A stretch of 57,930 nt of DNA from an uncultured candidate division WPS-2 bacterium (GCA_937910425.1 CALEOJ010000232.1:1-57930); one strand, 5' to 3'; shown: positions 10,401-19,141, counted from the stretch's first letter. Notes: generated by a model from the sequence alone, not told the origin. Numbers and translations: made by a program.

Positions 10401-10789
10401 ATCACCGGCTGCTGGAGGAGCGGGTCGTTCGGCAGCTGCGTGGCGGCGCGGGCGACCTGCTGCTGGATGTCGGTCGCGGCAACGTTGATGTTCGTCCCGT
10501 ACTTGAACGTCGCGCGCACCTGCGACTGACCGGTGAACGAGTTCGACTGGAGGTAGTCGATCCCGGAGACGCGGCTGACGGCGTTTTCGATCGGGCGCGT
10601 GACGGTGGACTCCATCGTCTCGGGAGCGACGTTGCCGTAGTTGACCGTCACCGTGACGACCGGCGGCTGGAAACTGGGCAGCAGCGCGACGGGCAGCCGC
10701 GGGAGGGCGAACAGGCCAAGGACCACGATGGCAGTCGCGAGCATGGCGACCGTCACACGGCGGGTGACGGCGAAATCGGCGATCGACAA
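7421..10789 (-). CDS. RND efflux permease (AcrB/CzcA superfamily)
   Basis: GLIVDDAVVVIENI, RLRPILMTT, two periplasmic loops; TTG start after GGAG. Confidence 0.93.
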   Translation of the reverse strand: MSIADFAVTRRVTVAMLATAIVVLGLFALPRLPVALLPSFQPPVVTVTVNYGNVAPETMESTVTRPIENAVSRVSGIDYLQSNSFTGQSQVRATFKYGTNINVAATDIQQQVARAATQLPNDPLLQQPVIQKADPNSIPVVRLSITDQSRPLRDLYDLFNNQLADEFAGVSGVGSVSVFGGAQRAIMVEPDANALAGYGLDTNAIVNKIKNENVDAPAGVLAIGPKEFVIRANALYKGADEVANTVLTVKNGTPVYIRDVAKVSDSIQEVRSYSRLDGVPSIALAITAQPDANVIAVSQGVYGKIADFSKRYPTMHFGVVFDQQGFIRNAVDALMHTAIYGAILAVLIILLFLHSLRSTLIVAISLPISVMGTMFAAYMLNQSLNIMTLGGLALAVGLIVDDAVVVIENIYRHLAEGESPREAARNATSQIFSAVLASTVTVVTVFVPLLLIPGLQGLIFGPFALVIIVGVAISLLVATTTVPMLSSIMLDAHTVHVAEGTGSVRRGLYERFSAGFDHGYSRFEGAYKRLLGFAIDRPALVLSAGVVLLVLAVVAVKAGVVKTETFPASSSRFVQVNIRTPNGTSVAITNGVSQKVEDALRSDPRVADVSVSVGSAFTGAGTRVITNQASMAVALKPGLSGSAADAFVIQWTQRLGGTVRGAGGSATTAGPKFTPEQRAKFRALRTALVGTTAYVSGIDIVQRVVSQGSDAVEIQLYGPDINQLYTMAQRDLIPQLKEIPGIGRPDTNITPSQPEVDINVDRRVAAQLGLSTGDIANIISTATSGTIASYWQTNGTQYPIMVQLPAAQRRTLDSLGSLLIEPNSSTTGAAVTSTAPTGSTTGTGASTPSSQSLNAVPLSGVAALTLGQGPSQIPRQNKARRVDIDAPLVGASALGDVLSQVTEIMNSYTFPAGYRWQYGPSVTANNDTFGALTLVVILAIALIYMLLASQFESFLDPLVIMMAVPFALIGIIASLWITHRAFGLTAFIGSLMLVGIAVKNAILVVEFTKQLRRDEGLDPREALMHAGPMRLRPILMTTFATLGGMLPIALGIEAGSQTQAPLGTVVIGGLVTSTLLSLVVVPTIYLLVARHIEPRFAPKPPSFRRRGGEGRTVIEPETAPAH

Positions 10790-10870
10790 ACAGCTTCTCC
10801 GGGAGGTCGGACCTCCGCAAAGTTTCGGACTTTTGCCTGGGAAGGCGCTCAGGGACCTAGATACCCGGCG

Positions 10871-10900
10871 TTGCCGCAGTTATCTGCCGCGTGATACAAT
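10871..10900 (+). promoter_or_regulatory. sigma70 promoter of rpsF
   Basis: TTGCCG-N18-TACAAT with extended TG. Confidence 0.6.
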
Positions 10901-10934
10901 CCGGGGGTTCTCCCGGCGGTCCACGATCCCGGAG

Positions 10935-10998
10935 ACTTCCCCGCTGCCCGGCCGCTTGCGCCGGGCCGCCGGCTCGAACCGGCGTCCAGAGAGGGCAA
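10935..10998 (+). promoter_or_regulatory. Possible S6:S18 autoregulatory RNA leader
   Basis: GCCCGGC/GCCGGGC stem followed by CCG; pyrimidine tract able to pair with the SD. Confidence 0.4.
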
Positions 10999-11000
10999 CC

Positions 11001-11309
11001 ATGCCAGCGACCACGACCATCATCGACTACGAAGTGACCTACGTGCTCCGGCCCAGTCTCGAAGAGACCGAGGTCGACGAGAAGGCCAACGCGATCGCCG
11101 AGGGCGTGAAGACGCGCGGCGGCGAGGTCGTCGGCGAGCTCGAGAAGGCCGGCAAACGCCGCCTCGCCTACGAGATCGACGACGTGCGCGAAGGCTACTA
11201 CATCACGATGCACTTCAAGAGCGGCGCCGAGGAGCAGCGCGAACTCGAACGCCTCCTCCGCCTCAACGAGTCGGTCCTCCGCCACATCATCATCCGCAAA
11301 ACGGACTAA
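11001..11309 (+). CDS. rpsF: 30S ribosomal protein S6
   Basis: YEVTYVLRP, GKRRLAYEI, EGYY, LRLNESVLRH. Confidence 0.96.
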   Translation: MPATTTIIDYEVTYVLRPSLEETEVDEKANAIAEGVKTRGGEVVGELEKAGKRRLAYEIDDVREGYYITMHFKSGAEEQRELERLLRLNESVLRHIIIRKTD

Positions 11310-11343
11310 GGTTGGCCGGCTGACGCCGGCCTTCCGTCCCCGT

Positions 11344-11505
11344 TGTCACCCTGAGCTTGTCGAAGGGTGCGCGTGCCGCGGCAGCAAGGTTGGGCGGCGT
11401 TCCGCCGCCCTTCGGTTGTAGGTTGGCGTGCCGCCAACCCGCGGTGCCCGTCGCCCCTCGGTCGTCACCTGAGCTCGCCTATGTCACCCTGAGCCTGTCG
11501 AAGGG
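11344..11505 (+). repeat. Two REP-like direct repeats TGTCACCCTGAGCYTGTCGAAGGG (11344-11367, 11482-11505) plus a partial copy near 11463
   Basis: 23/24 identical; internal CCCT/AGGG palindrome. Confidence 0.8.
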
Positions 11506-11679
11506 GGACATCGCCACAACGCCCGTCGGCCGTAGTCGCGCCCTATCCACAGAGTGATTGACGGTCGGAGGGCACAGTGCCCACCAGGTGGCACTGATCG
11601 GCAATAGACTGCCCCCGTGAGGCTGCCTCCGCCTCACATCATCGCACACCGCAGCGCAGAGCAGAAGGACGAAGAAGAG

Positions 11680-12129
11680 ATGGCTGGGTCATTCAATCGC
11701 ATCACCTTGGTCGGGAATCTCACCCGCGACCCGGAGATCCGCTACGTCGGGTCCGGCGCGGCGGTGACGAAGTTCACCCTAGCGGTGAACCGTCGCTCGA
11801 AGCAACAGGAAGAGACCGACTACGTCGACTGCGTTGCGTGGGACAAGCTCGCCGAGACTTGCAACACGTATCTCAAGAAGGGCATGTCGTGTCTGGTCGA
11901 CGGCCGGTTGTCGATCCGCTCGTACGACGACAAGGACGGCAACAAGCGCAAAGCCACCGAGGTCGTGGTGAACACGATGCAGATGCTCGACCGCCCGAAC
12001 CGCGGCGGCGGCGACGGCGGCACCTACGAACGCGCACCGCGTGCCGCAGCAGGCGAACCCGCCGGCAGCACCGGCGGCAGCGACCACTACGACAGCGCCC
12101 TGGACGCCGAGGAAGAAATCCCGTTCTAG
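11680..12129 (+). CDS. ssb: Single-stranded DNA-binding protein
   Basis: NRITLVGNLTRDPEIRY; acidic EEEIPF tail. Confidence 0.96.
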   Translation: MAGSFNRITLVGNLTRDPEIRYVGSGAAVTKFTLAVNRRSKQQEETDYVDCVAWDKLAETCNTYLKKGMSCLVDGRLSIRSYDDKDGNKRKATEVVVNTMQMLDRPNRGGGDGGTYERAPRAAAGEPAGSTGGSDHYDSALDAEEEIPF

Positions 12130-12226
12130 CGTTCTAGCGTTTTGACGTTCTAGGGCTGTCTCACAATGAATCGCTGAAAGCCCGATTCAATGTGAAATTC
12201 GCAGCACGCCGTCGATTCAATGTGAA
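12122..12226. repeat. CGTTCTAG x3 plus inverted/direct repeats TCACAATGAATCG and CGATTCAATGTGA x2
   Basis: Read directly at 12161-12173, 12183-12195 and 12213-12225. Confidence 0.6.
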
Positions 12227-12248
12227 GTGGTCGCCGTCAGATCCGGAA

Positions 12249-12286
12249 TGTGACGAGGCCCCGCTTTGCGGGGTCACCTTTTCTTG
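12249..12286 (+). terminator. Probable terminator after ssb
   Basis: GCCCCGC-TTT-GCGGGGT hairpin then CCTTTTCTT. Confidence 0.5.
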
Positions 12287-12411
12287 CGTCCAGTATGGCT
12301 ATTCCGCCAAGACGGCGTTCGGGAGCGGAAAGCACCGCTCCGGGCGGCGGTAATGGATCGTACAGTTCGTCAACGCTCCGAAAAGGCGGCTGGCGGATCA
12401 GGGCGCCGTGC

Positions 12412-12625
12412 TTACTCTTTCTCAGCTAGAAAATATACCACCTCAAGTGGCAAAAAGTGCTTGTCCTTCTGCTCGATGGACTCGTAGTGACGAGACCACA
12501 AAGCAATCAATTCTTGCAAATCAACGAGCGTTAAGCTATGCGTCCGGTGTGTGCGGGCTTCCATTCTTGCTTCGGGGCTAAAACCGCCCGTCGATACGAA
12601 GATTCCAACATCTCCCGAACTGATA
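12412..12625 (-). pseudogene. Mrr-type restriction endonuclease C-terminal fragment
   Basis: GDVGIFVSTGGFSPEA...LTLVDL...LPLEVVYFLA; lower GC. Confidence 0.7.
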
Positions 12626-13104
12626 TTCCATTCGCGAGCGGCGTGCGCCCATTTGCGATCACCGCCGACCAAAAGACCATGTACGTCCAGCGGTCGCGCC
12701 TACACGGCTTCGACGTCGTGGATATTGCGAGCCAAAAGGTGCTACGCACCGTGGATCTTCCAGCGCTGCCTCCCGGCACCAAGCTGCCACAATTTTTGCC
12801 GCACACCGTGGACCACGGAATCGCGCTCTCCCACGACGGCAAGCTCCTTCTGGCAAACGGGAGCATCGCCAACTACGTCGTCGCCTATTCGGTGCCCGAC
12901 CTGACGCTCAAGGCCATCATCCCGGTCGGCAAGGATCCCAATTGGATCGCATTCAGCCGCAACGACAAGACAGCGTTCATTAGTAACCGCGGCTCGGACG
13001 AGTTGTCGGTGATCTCGATCCCTGATCTCAAAGAGATCAAGCGGCTGAAGACCGGCGGCTACCCGCAGCGGATTCACCTCGTATCGGTGCCCGACGGCCC
13101 CTAA
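12622..13104 (+). pseudogene. YVTN/YncE beta-propeller C-terminal fragment
   Basis: VRPFAITADQKTMYV, IPVGKDPNWIAFS, SNRGSDELSVI blades; no N-terminus. Confidence 0.7.
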
Positions 13105-13154
13105 TTCTGGGTGCTCGGCTCAGCGCAGCCTGCCGCCGTGCCGATCATCTGAAA

Positions 13155-15824
13155 ATGGAGCTGGTCGATTTTGCGTCGTCCGCGGGCAGCGAGCTGGCCT
13201 CTTGCCTTACGGATCTCGCCGAGCGCGGCGTTTGGCGAGGCCCACAGGGAGGGGGTCCGCGAGAGGGGGCGGCCCAGTTCCTCGTCGCTCGGCTCGCGGC
13301 CGAGCTGCGCGAGCTCGAGCAGCTCGTCGTGCGCTCACGCGAGTGCCTCGTCATTGAAGAGCGCGGCCTCACCGACATGGCGGCCGGGATCGCTCGCGAA
13401 GCCCAGGTCGCCGAAGCAGTCCGCTCCGCGGCCGAGGACCTGGGCCGAACCGTGAGCGCGGTCGCCGCGCATGCCGCCGAACTGAACGCCGTGTACGAGC
13501 GGCTCCCCGCGGTGCTGGCCGGGACGGTTGCGACGATGGAAGCGCTCGAATCAGGGACGATGGCGTTGCGCGAAGGACTGCAGAGTGGCGAGCAGGTGTC
13601 GACGCGACTCGCTGCGGGCTGGCTCGGCGTCGGTGACGCCATCGGCGAGATCTCCGGCGCCGCCCGGCGCGCCGGCGTCCTCGGCATCAGCGCTGCGATC
13701 GAGGCCGCGTACGTCTCCGAAGGCCACGGCTTCGCGATGGTCGCCCAGCGAATGCGGACGCTCTCCGCATCGATGTCAGAAGCGACAAGCGGGGTCAAGG
13801 CGGTCGTCGAAGCGGCGCGCCGATCGGCGCGCGAGGCGTTCGACGTGATCGTCCGCGTCGGTGCCTTCATGGAACGGATCGTCGCGCAAATCGCACCGGC
13901 TCGCGCCGCGCTCAGTGGTGCGCAAGTTCGCATCGATGCGTTCGGCGACGGCGTGAAGCGCGTGACGGACGCCGCAGACGAACAGAACGCCGCGCTGCCG
14001 CAGGTCATCGACGGATTGGCACGGCTGTCCACCATCGCCACGGCGATCGCCACGCGCGCAGAAACGGACCTGCACGCCGAGATCGGTGCACGGCTTGACG
14101 AAGCCACCGCAGTATTGCGCCGCCACCGCGACTTCATCGCGCTCGCGCCCGTCGCACAGCCTGGCCTGGGTGAAGATCCGCTCGCCGACTGGATCGTCGC
14201 GCTCGCTGACGATGACGCGGTTCCACCGCCGCCGCCCGCGAGCGAAGACGTAGCCGTGCTCGATGCCCTCGTACGGCTTCTCGAGCGCGTCGTCACCGAC
14301 GAGCGGACGATCGTCGAGAGCATGTCTAGCGCGACACGTGCCGCGGTGAGTACGGGTCTCTTGTGGCGGGCGATCCGCAAAGAGATGCGTGCGTTCGATA
14401 AGGAGATCGCCGAGCTCGCGACGCGGCTCGAGGAGTCATTGGCGCTCGCCGCCGCGTTCACTGCCGCTGCCGGCACCATCACCTCAGAGCTTGACGCGCT
14501 GCACGACGTCTGTGCCTCGGCGCTCGTCGCCTTCGACGAAGCGCTAGACCGGGTGGAGGCCGGCAACGCAGAGGGTGAGCGTGCTGTGGCCGCTATCGCA
14601 GCGGTGCACGACGCGACGAACGAAGCGGCGACGCTGCTGGCGCAGGTGTCCGACATCTCGGATGACGCCCATTTGCTGGCGCTCAACGCGGCGGTGGAAG
14701 CGGCGCGCACCGGGACGGGCGGCGCGGGATTCACGGTAGTCGCTGATGAGATCGGACGGCTGGCCGTGCAGACGCAGGCCTCGACCGACGCGATCGTCGC
14801 CACGATGACAAAACTGCGGGCCCGCAGCGCCGAGTTCGGGAACGCCAGTCACCAGCACACTGTGAAGCTCGATGGCGTGCGGACATTAGCGCGCAGCGCA
14901 CGCGACGTCGTCGAAGACGTACGTCGCACGATCGGAACGAGCAGAGCGCGCAGCGCCGAGATCGGCGAGACTGCAGCCCACGTTTCGTCATCGCTCGCCG
15001 CGGTTGCGCGCGAACTCGCCGTAGCCTGCGAGCAAGCGCGCAGCCTCTCACAGCGTGAAACGGAGAACGCGCGCATTGCGCTGGGCCGCATCGATGACGC
15101 GGCGCTCCACGTCACCCGCGCGCACCGTCTCGGACTTGCCGAGGAGGCGCTGCGTGACTTCACGCACGACGTCGCGCTCGGCGTCGAAGCGGCGATTCAG
15201 CGACTCGCCGACGAGGGACGCGTTACCACCGACGCGCTCATCGCGCTCGAGTACCGCGAGCTGACCGGCCCGCTCGTCGATCGTTTCGAGCGTCTGGTCG
15301 GCGCAACGGGCGTGCCCCGTGAAGGGCTCCGGCCGCCGCGCTATACAACGCCGTCCGACCACCTCGTTGACGAAACCGTCCTGCCGGTACTCAACGCGGC
15401 GATCGAGCGCAACCCGCAGCTGGTCATCGCCGCACTATTCGATCTCAACGGCTACGGGATCGCGCTCTCGACCGTCGCACGTGATCGCGCTGGGAAACCG
15501 GTACCGTTCGACTGGAAGACGTGGGGCGGGAAAATGATCTTCACCGACCTCATGACGCTGCGCGCAGGACGGCTCGGTCTGCCGGACACCGACGCGCTGC
15601 CCGAACGGATGACGTCGGCCGACGTTGCGAGCGCGGGACTCGACCTGCGGGCTCAACACCCCCGCCCGTGGCAATACTCGACCTGCGCGAACTGGGCCAA
15701 CTCCGAGGTTTGCCGCGGGGCATCGTGGCCGGTGTACGTGAACGGAGTGCGCGTCGCCGTCGTGACGTGTCTGGAGGCGATCCGAACCTCTCGCCGAGAC
15801 CATCTGCGAGCAGTGGAGTCCTGA
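13155..15824 (+). CDS. Soluble methyl-accepting chemotaxis protein with two signalling domains
   Basis: LGISAAIEAAYVSEGHGFAMVA and LLALNAAVEAARTGTGGAGFTVVADEI hairpins; no TM segment. Confidence 0.85.
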   Translation: MELVDFASSAGSELASCLTDLAERGVWRGPQGGGPREGAAQFLVARLAAELRELEQLVVRSRECLVIEERGLTDMAAGIAREAQVAEAVRSAAEDLGRTVSAVAAHAAELNAVYERLPAVLAGTVATMEALESGTMALREGLQSGEQVSTRLAAGWLGVGDAIGEISGAARRAGVLGISAAIEAAYVSEGHGFAMVAQRMRTLSASMSEATSGVKAVVEAARRSAREAFDVIVRVGAFMERIVAQIAPARAALSGAQVRIDAFGDGVKRVTDAADEQNAALPQVIDGLARLSTIATAIATRAETDLHAEIGARLDEATAVLRRHRDFIALAPVAQPGLGEDPLADWIVALADDDAVPPPPPASEDVAVLDALVRLLERVVTDERTIVESMSSATRAAVSTGLLWRAIRKEMRAFDKEIAELATRLEESLALAAAFTAAAGTITSELDALHDVCASALVAFDEALDRVEAGNAEGERAVAAIAAVHDATNEAATLLAQVSDISDDAHLLALNAAVEAARTGTGGAGFTVVADEIGRLAVQTQASTDAIVATMTKLRARSAEFGNASHQHTVKLDGVRTLARSARDVVEDVRRTIGTSRARSAEIGETAAHVSSSLAAVARELAVACEQARSLSQRETENARIALGRIDDAALHVTRAHRLGLAEEALRDFTHDVALGVEAAIQRLADEGRVTTDALIALEYRELTGPLVDRFERLVGATGVPREGLRPPRYTTPSDHLVDETVLPVLNAAIERNPQLVIAALFDLNGYGIALSTVARDRAGKPVPFDWKTWGGKMIFTDLMTLRAGRLGLPDTDALPERMTSADVASAGLDLRAQHPRPWQYSTCANWANSEVCRGASWPVYVNGVRVAVVTCLEAIRTSRRDHLRAVES

Positions 15825-16080
15825 GTTCAGGTTAGCCCTTGGAAGACTTTACGGTTCAACGAGAAGCTCGAACAGATGATCGAGCTTCTCCTGGCGGTCG
15901 GTGTTCCAAAGGAAATCAAGGACGCGGCCCTGCATGGATCGAGCCACCACATACGGGAGACTATGATCGGCCGTCTCTACTCATGGGGTCGGGATTGCGC
16001 GCGACGATGAACTCGTCCGCGTACGCGGGCTTCCTGACCGTGCGAACTGGCTCCTACGCGTAGTCGGGTCGGACGGCGCC

Positions 16081-16428
16081 TCAGGCGCTCGCGGTCTGTG
16101 CGCGGTCCGTTGAGCGTCGCATGAGACGAGATCCCAGCGACGGTGTCTCGCGACGGTCGGTGATCACGGTGCAGAGGTTTGCGAAGCCGACCATCTTCAT
16201 CAGGCGCGTGAGGCTGCCGCGCGGCACGATCAACGTCAATTGGCCGAGGCCAACTCGGCGCGCGACCGCTGCCAGCATTCCGAGCGCAGTCGCATCGAGA
16301 TGCTGCACTTGCGTCAGGTCGATCGTCGCAGGTTCCGCGAGCTCGGCAAGAACGTCGCGCATCTGGTGCGACGCCAAGTACCCGAAGTCGCCCTTGAGAA
16401 CGATCACCGGCCGTTCGTCGGTCATCAT
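16081..16428 (-). CDS. STAS-domain (anti-anti-sigma-like) protein
   Basis: IDLTQVQHLDATALGML. Confidence 0.75.
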   Translation of the reverse strand: MMTDERPVIVLKGDFGYLASHQMRDVLAELAEPATIDLTQVQHLDATALGMLAAVARRVGLGQLTLIVPRGSLTRLMKMVGFANLCTVITDRRETPSLGSRLMRRSTDRAQTASA

Positions 16429-16660
16429 GGGCGTCCGTGCCTTTCTGATGGCTGAGAAAAGTGCTTGCGAACGGAATTCCCCACCGCTAAGCATGCACTA
16501 TCCTAATTAACCCAGGCTTTACGCAACTGCCAAGCCCGAACTGGAAGCCTATCGACCCTCACTTAGCCCTGAGGGATGACGCTCGTCGAAGCGCATGGAC
16601 CCGTCGCGGAACGGTGGACGCCAGCACAGGGAGCCCTAGCCGGCCCGCCGGCATTAAATC

Positions 16661-16713
16661 CGCAACTGGGGGGTTGCGCTTTCGTTCGCGTTGTGCAACT
16701 ATAGGGTTGCACA
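16661..16713. promoter_or_regulatory. Two GCAAC-N6-GTTGC palindromes, likely ArsR operators
   Basis: CGCAAC-TGGGGG-GTTGCG and TGTGCAAC-TATAGG-GTTGCACA upstream of the SRPBCC-ArsR pair. Confidence 0.7.
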
Positions 16714-16726
16714 TTGGGAGGGCATC

Positions 16727-17173
16727 GTGGTTGAAGACCGGATTGAGCGAGAGGTCGTGGTCGCTGCTCCGCCGGAGCGCGTGTGGGAGATCATCACGCT
16801 GGCGGAACATGTCGGCAAATGGTTCGGCGATTCGGCCGAGGTCGACTTGCGGCCGGGCGGCACGATCGTGCTGCGTTGGGAGAAATACGGCACCCGGTAC
16901 GCGACGATCGAGAAAATAGTCAAACCGCGCCACTTCTCGTATCGCTGGACTCCGGGTGTCGCCGATAAAAAGCCAAGCGACGACGATTCCACGCTCGTCG
17001 AGTTCACGTTGACGCCGCATGAAGGGCAGACGCGACTACGCGTGGTCGAAACCGGCTTCAGCCGTCTGTCGCGCAGCGAAGGCGAGCGCGCCGAGCAATT
17101 CGAGAACAACACCGAAGGCTGGGCGATCCAGCTCCGTAACTTGCAGGAATACGTCGAAGGGCTTGCGGCGTAG
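16727..17173 (+). CDS. SRPBCC/Aha1-domain protein
   Basis: IEREVVVAAPPERVW, DLRPGG, TLVEFTL, GW. Confidence 0.9.
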   Translation: MVEDRIEREVVVAAPPERVWEIITLAEHVGKWFGDSAEVDLRPGGTIVLRWEKYGTRYATIEKIVKPRHFSYRWTPGVADKKPSDDDSTLVEFTLTPHEGQTRLRVVETGFSRLSRSEGERAEQFENNTEGWAIQLRNLQEYVEGLAA

Positions 17174-17188
17174 CGCCGCGAGACGGCG

Positions 17189-17515
17189 GTGAACACGCAC
17201 AAGGGCGACGTAGACGAGGTGCTCGTCGCCCTGGCCGACCCCACGCGGCGCCGGCTGCTCGACGTGCTTTCCGCTCGTCCGCAAACGACCGCGACGGCGC
17301 TGGCGGAAAAACTCCCCGTGACGCGCCAAGCAATCGTGAAGCATCTGGGCGTCCTCGAACAAGCCGGGTTGGTCGAAGCGCGCAAGCAAGGCCGCGAAGT
17401 GCAGTTCTCCGTTCGTCCCGAGCGCCTCGAATCGACGGCGCGATGGATGCACGGCGTTGCAGCGGCGTGGGATGAACGTCTGAACGCGATCAAGCGTCTC
17501 GCAGAAAGCCAGTAG
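17189..17515 (+). CDS. ArsR/SmtB-family regulator
   Basis: ALADPTRRRLL, TRQAIVKHLGVLEQAGLV. Confidence 0.92.
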   Translation: MNTHKGDVDEVLVALADPTRRRLLDVLSARPQTTATALAEKLPVTRQAIVKHLGVLEQAGLVEARKQGREVQFSVRPERLESTARWMHGVAAAWDERLNAIKRLAESQ

Positions 17516-17528
17516 GGGTAGTGCAACG

Positions 17529-18047
17529 ATGGAAATGGGCGGGTGGGTCGCGATGATGGCGGCGATGATGCTGCCGGGCGCGATCCCGGCAGTGGTCAGA
17601 GCCGCTCAGGCCGGCGCCGGCGTGCGGACCGTCCCGCTCTTCGTCGGATCGTACCTCGCCGTGTGGGTGCTCGTGAGCGTCGTCATGTACACGTTGTACC
17701 GGCCGCACGAAGCGGTCGCCGCGGCCGTCGTCGTGATCGCTGCGGGCATCTACGAGCTCACGCCGCTCAAGCGGTACTTCCGCCGGCGTTGCCGCGAGAC
17801 GGTGCGCTCCGGAATCGAATTCGGCCTCTGCTGCGTCGGCTCGTGCATCGGGTTCATGCTGCTGCTGGTCGTGATCGACGTCATGAGCGTCGCCTTGATG
17901 GCGGTGATCGCGGCCGTCGCCTTCGTCCAAAAAATTCTTCCCGCGAAAGCAGTTTTCGATGTGCCGTTGGCGCGCGCGATCGTCGGACTTGGAACCCTGA
18001 TTGTGGTCGAGCCTTCGGCGGTCCCCGGCTTCATGCCGGATATGTAA
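17529..18047 (+). CDS. DUF2182 metal-binding membrane protein, probably N-truncated
   Basis: WVAMMAAMMLP, YELTPLK, GLCCVGSC. Confidence 0.75.
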   Translation: MEMGGWVAMMAAMMLPGAIPAVVRAAQAGAGVRTVPLFVGSYLAVWVLVSVVMYTLYRPHEAVAAAVVVIAAGIYELTPLKRYFRRRCRETVRSGIEFGLCCVGSCIGFMLLLVVIDVMSVALMAVIAAVAFVQKILPAKAVFDVPLARAIVGLGTLIVVEPSAVPGFMPDM

Positions 18048-18085
18048 GACCCAAACATTCGTACCATTCAAGAAACGAGAGAACG

Positions 18086-18421
18086 ATGATCGACGACAAG
18101 ATCGGAACGCGCGAAGAGTGGCTTGCGGCAAGGCTGCAGCTCCTCGAGGCCGAGAAGGCGCTGACGCGGCGCGGCGACGAGCTGGCGCGGATGCGGCAAG
18201 AGCTGCCCTGGGTTCGCGTCGACAAGGAGTACCGCTTCGAGACCGACGAGGGGACCGCGACGCTGGCGGATCTCTTCCGCGGGCGCTCGCAGCTCCTCAT
18301 CTATCACTTCATGTTCGGTCCCGAGTACGAGGCGGGGTGTCCGTCGTGTTCCGCGATCGCGGACAGCTTCAACGGCTCGGTTCCCCATCTGGTGAACCAC
18401 GACCCAAGGCTTCTTTTCTAA
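18086..18421 (+). pseudogene. DUF899 thioredoxin-like protein, C-truncated
   Basis: TREEWLAAR...LPWV...YHFMFGP...GCPSCS; homology ends near 18402. Confidence 0.8.
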
Positions 18422-18700
18422 GGGCTCAACAATGTTCGCACCCAAAGACTTCAACTCGTTGTACGTCGCATCGATATCTTCCGCGAACACCCAGTGAACC
18501 GCAGCCTCAAATGGCGGGGTTGTCTTCCGAAAGAATATCGCCACGTTTCCGCGTGACACGGCCCCAATCTCGCGCGGATGGAGCCAGCCAATCTCGAAGC
18601 CGAGTGCATCCCGATAGTGCTGCTGCGCGCGTTCAACATCAGTAACGGGCAGTTCTGGCACTGGCTGGCCGATCGACGTTAAGGATTGTTTCGTGCTCAC
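18403..18700 (-). pseudogene. VOC/bleomycin-resistance protein, C-truncated
   Basis: PELPVTDVERAQQHYRDALGF...LEKKPW, then runs into DUF899 antisense. Confidence 0.75.
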
Positions 18701-18748
18701 GAAGCTCTCCTCTACGATCAAAGCGTGCTGATGCGCCCGCACGTGCCC

Positions 18749-19138
18749 CTATGCCTCGAGAACGTTTATGGGGTACTTCTGATTTTCTGGATCGCGCGTC
18801 ACGAACGTCAGCCCTTCGATCTGCGCCTGCGCGATCATGATTCGATCGAACGGATCTCGGTGAACATCCGGCGGCCCGCCGACGGCGAGGGCATGCGCCG
18901 CGGAAATATCTAAGGCTTGAAACCCTAAAGAACTCACGCGTGCCGGAAACCACACCGCGGGGTCCGCCGGCACTGTGAGCTTGCCGAGTGCGACCTTGAT
19001 GCTGATCTCCCACGCGACCCCGGCGGAGACCAACCCCTCATTGGCGCTGTCCTCGATCGCGGCGCGCGCATTGGGCCGCAATTGGTCGGGATCGGCCGCA
19101 GCCCACAGAAACGCGTGCGTGTCGAGCAGCAACCGCAC
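18749..19138 (-). CDS. vapC: VapC PIN-domain toxin
   Basis: LLLDTH, WEI, HRDPFDR, VTRD acidic tetrad. Confidence 0.9.
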   Translation of the reverse strand: MRLLLDTHAFLWAAADPDQLRPNARAAIEDSANEGLVSAGVAWEISIKVALGKLTVPADPAVWFPARVSSLGFQALDISAAHALAVGGPPDVHRDPFDRIMIAQAQIEGLTFVTRDPENQKYPINVLEA

Positions 19139-19141
19139 GTG

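Noticed and set aside
11344-12226. CRISPR array
   Set aside because: Only 2-3 repeat copies with irregular spacing, and no cas genes
15861-15890. Hairpin GAGAAGCTCGA/TCGAGCTTCTC after the MCP gene
   Set aside because: No U-tract and no recognisable RNA family; may be chance symmetry in a coding remnant
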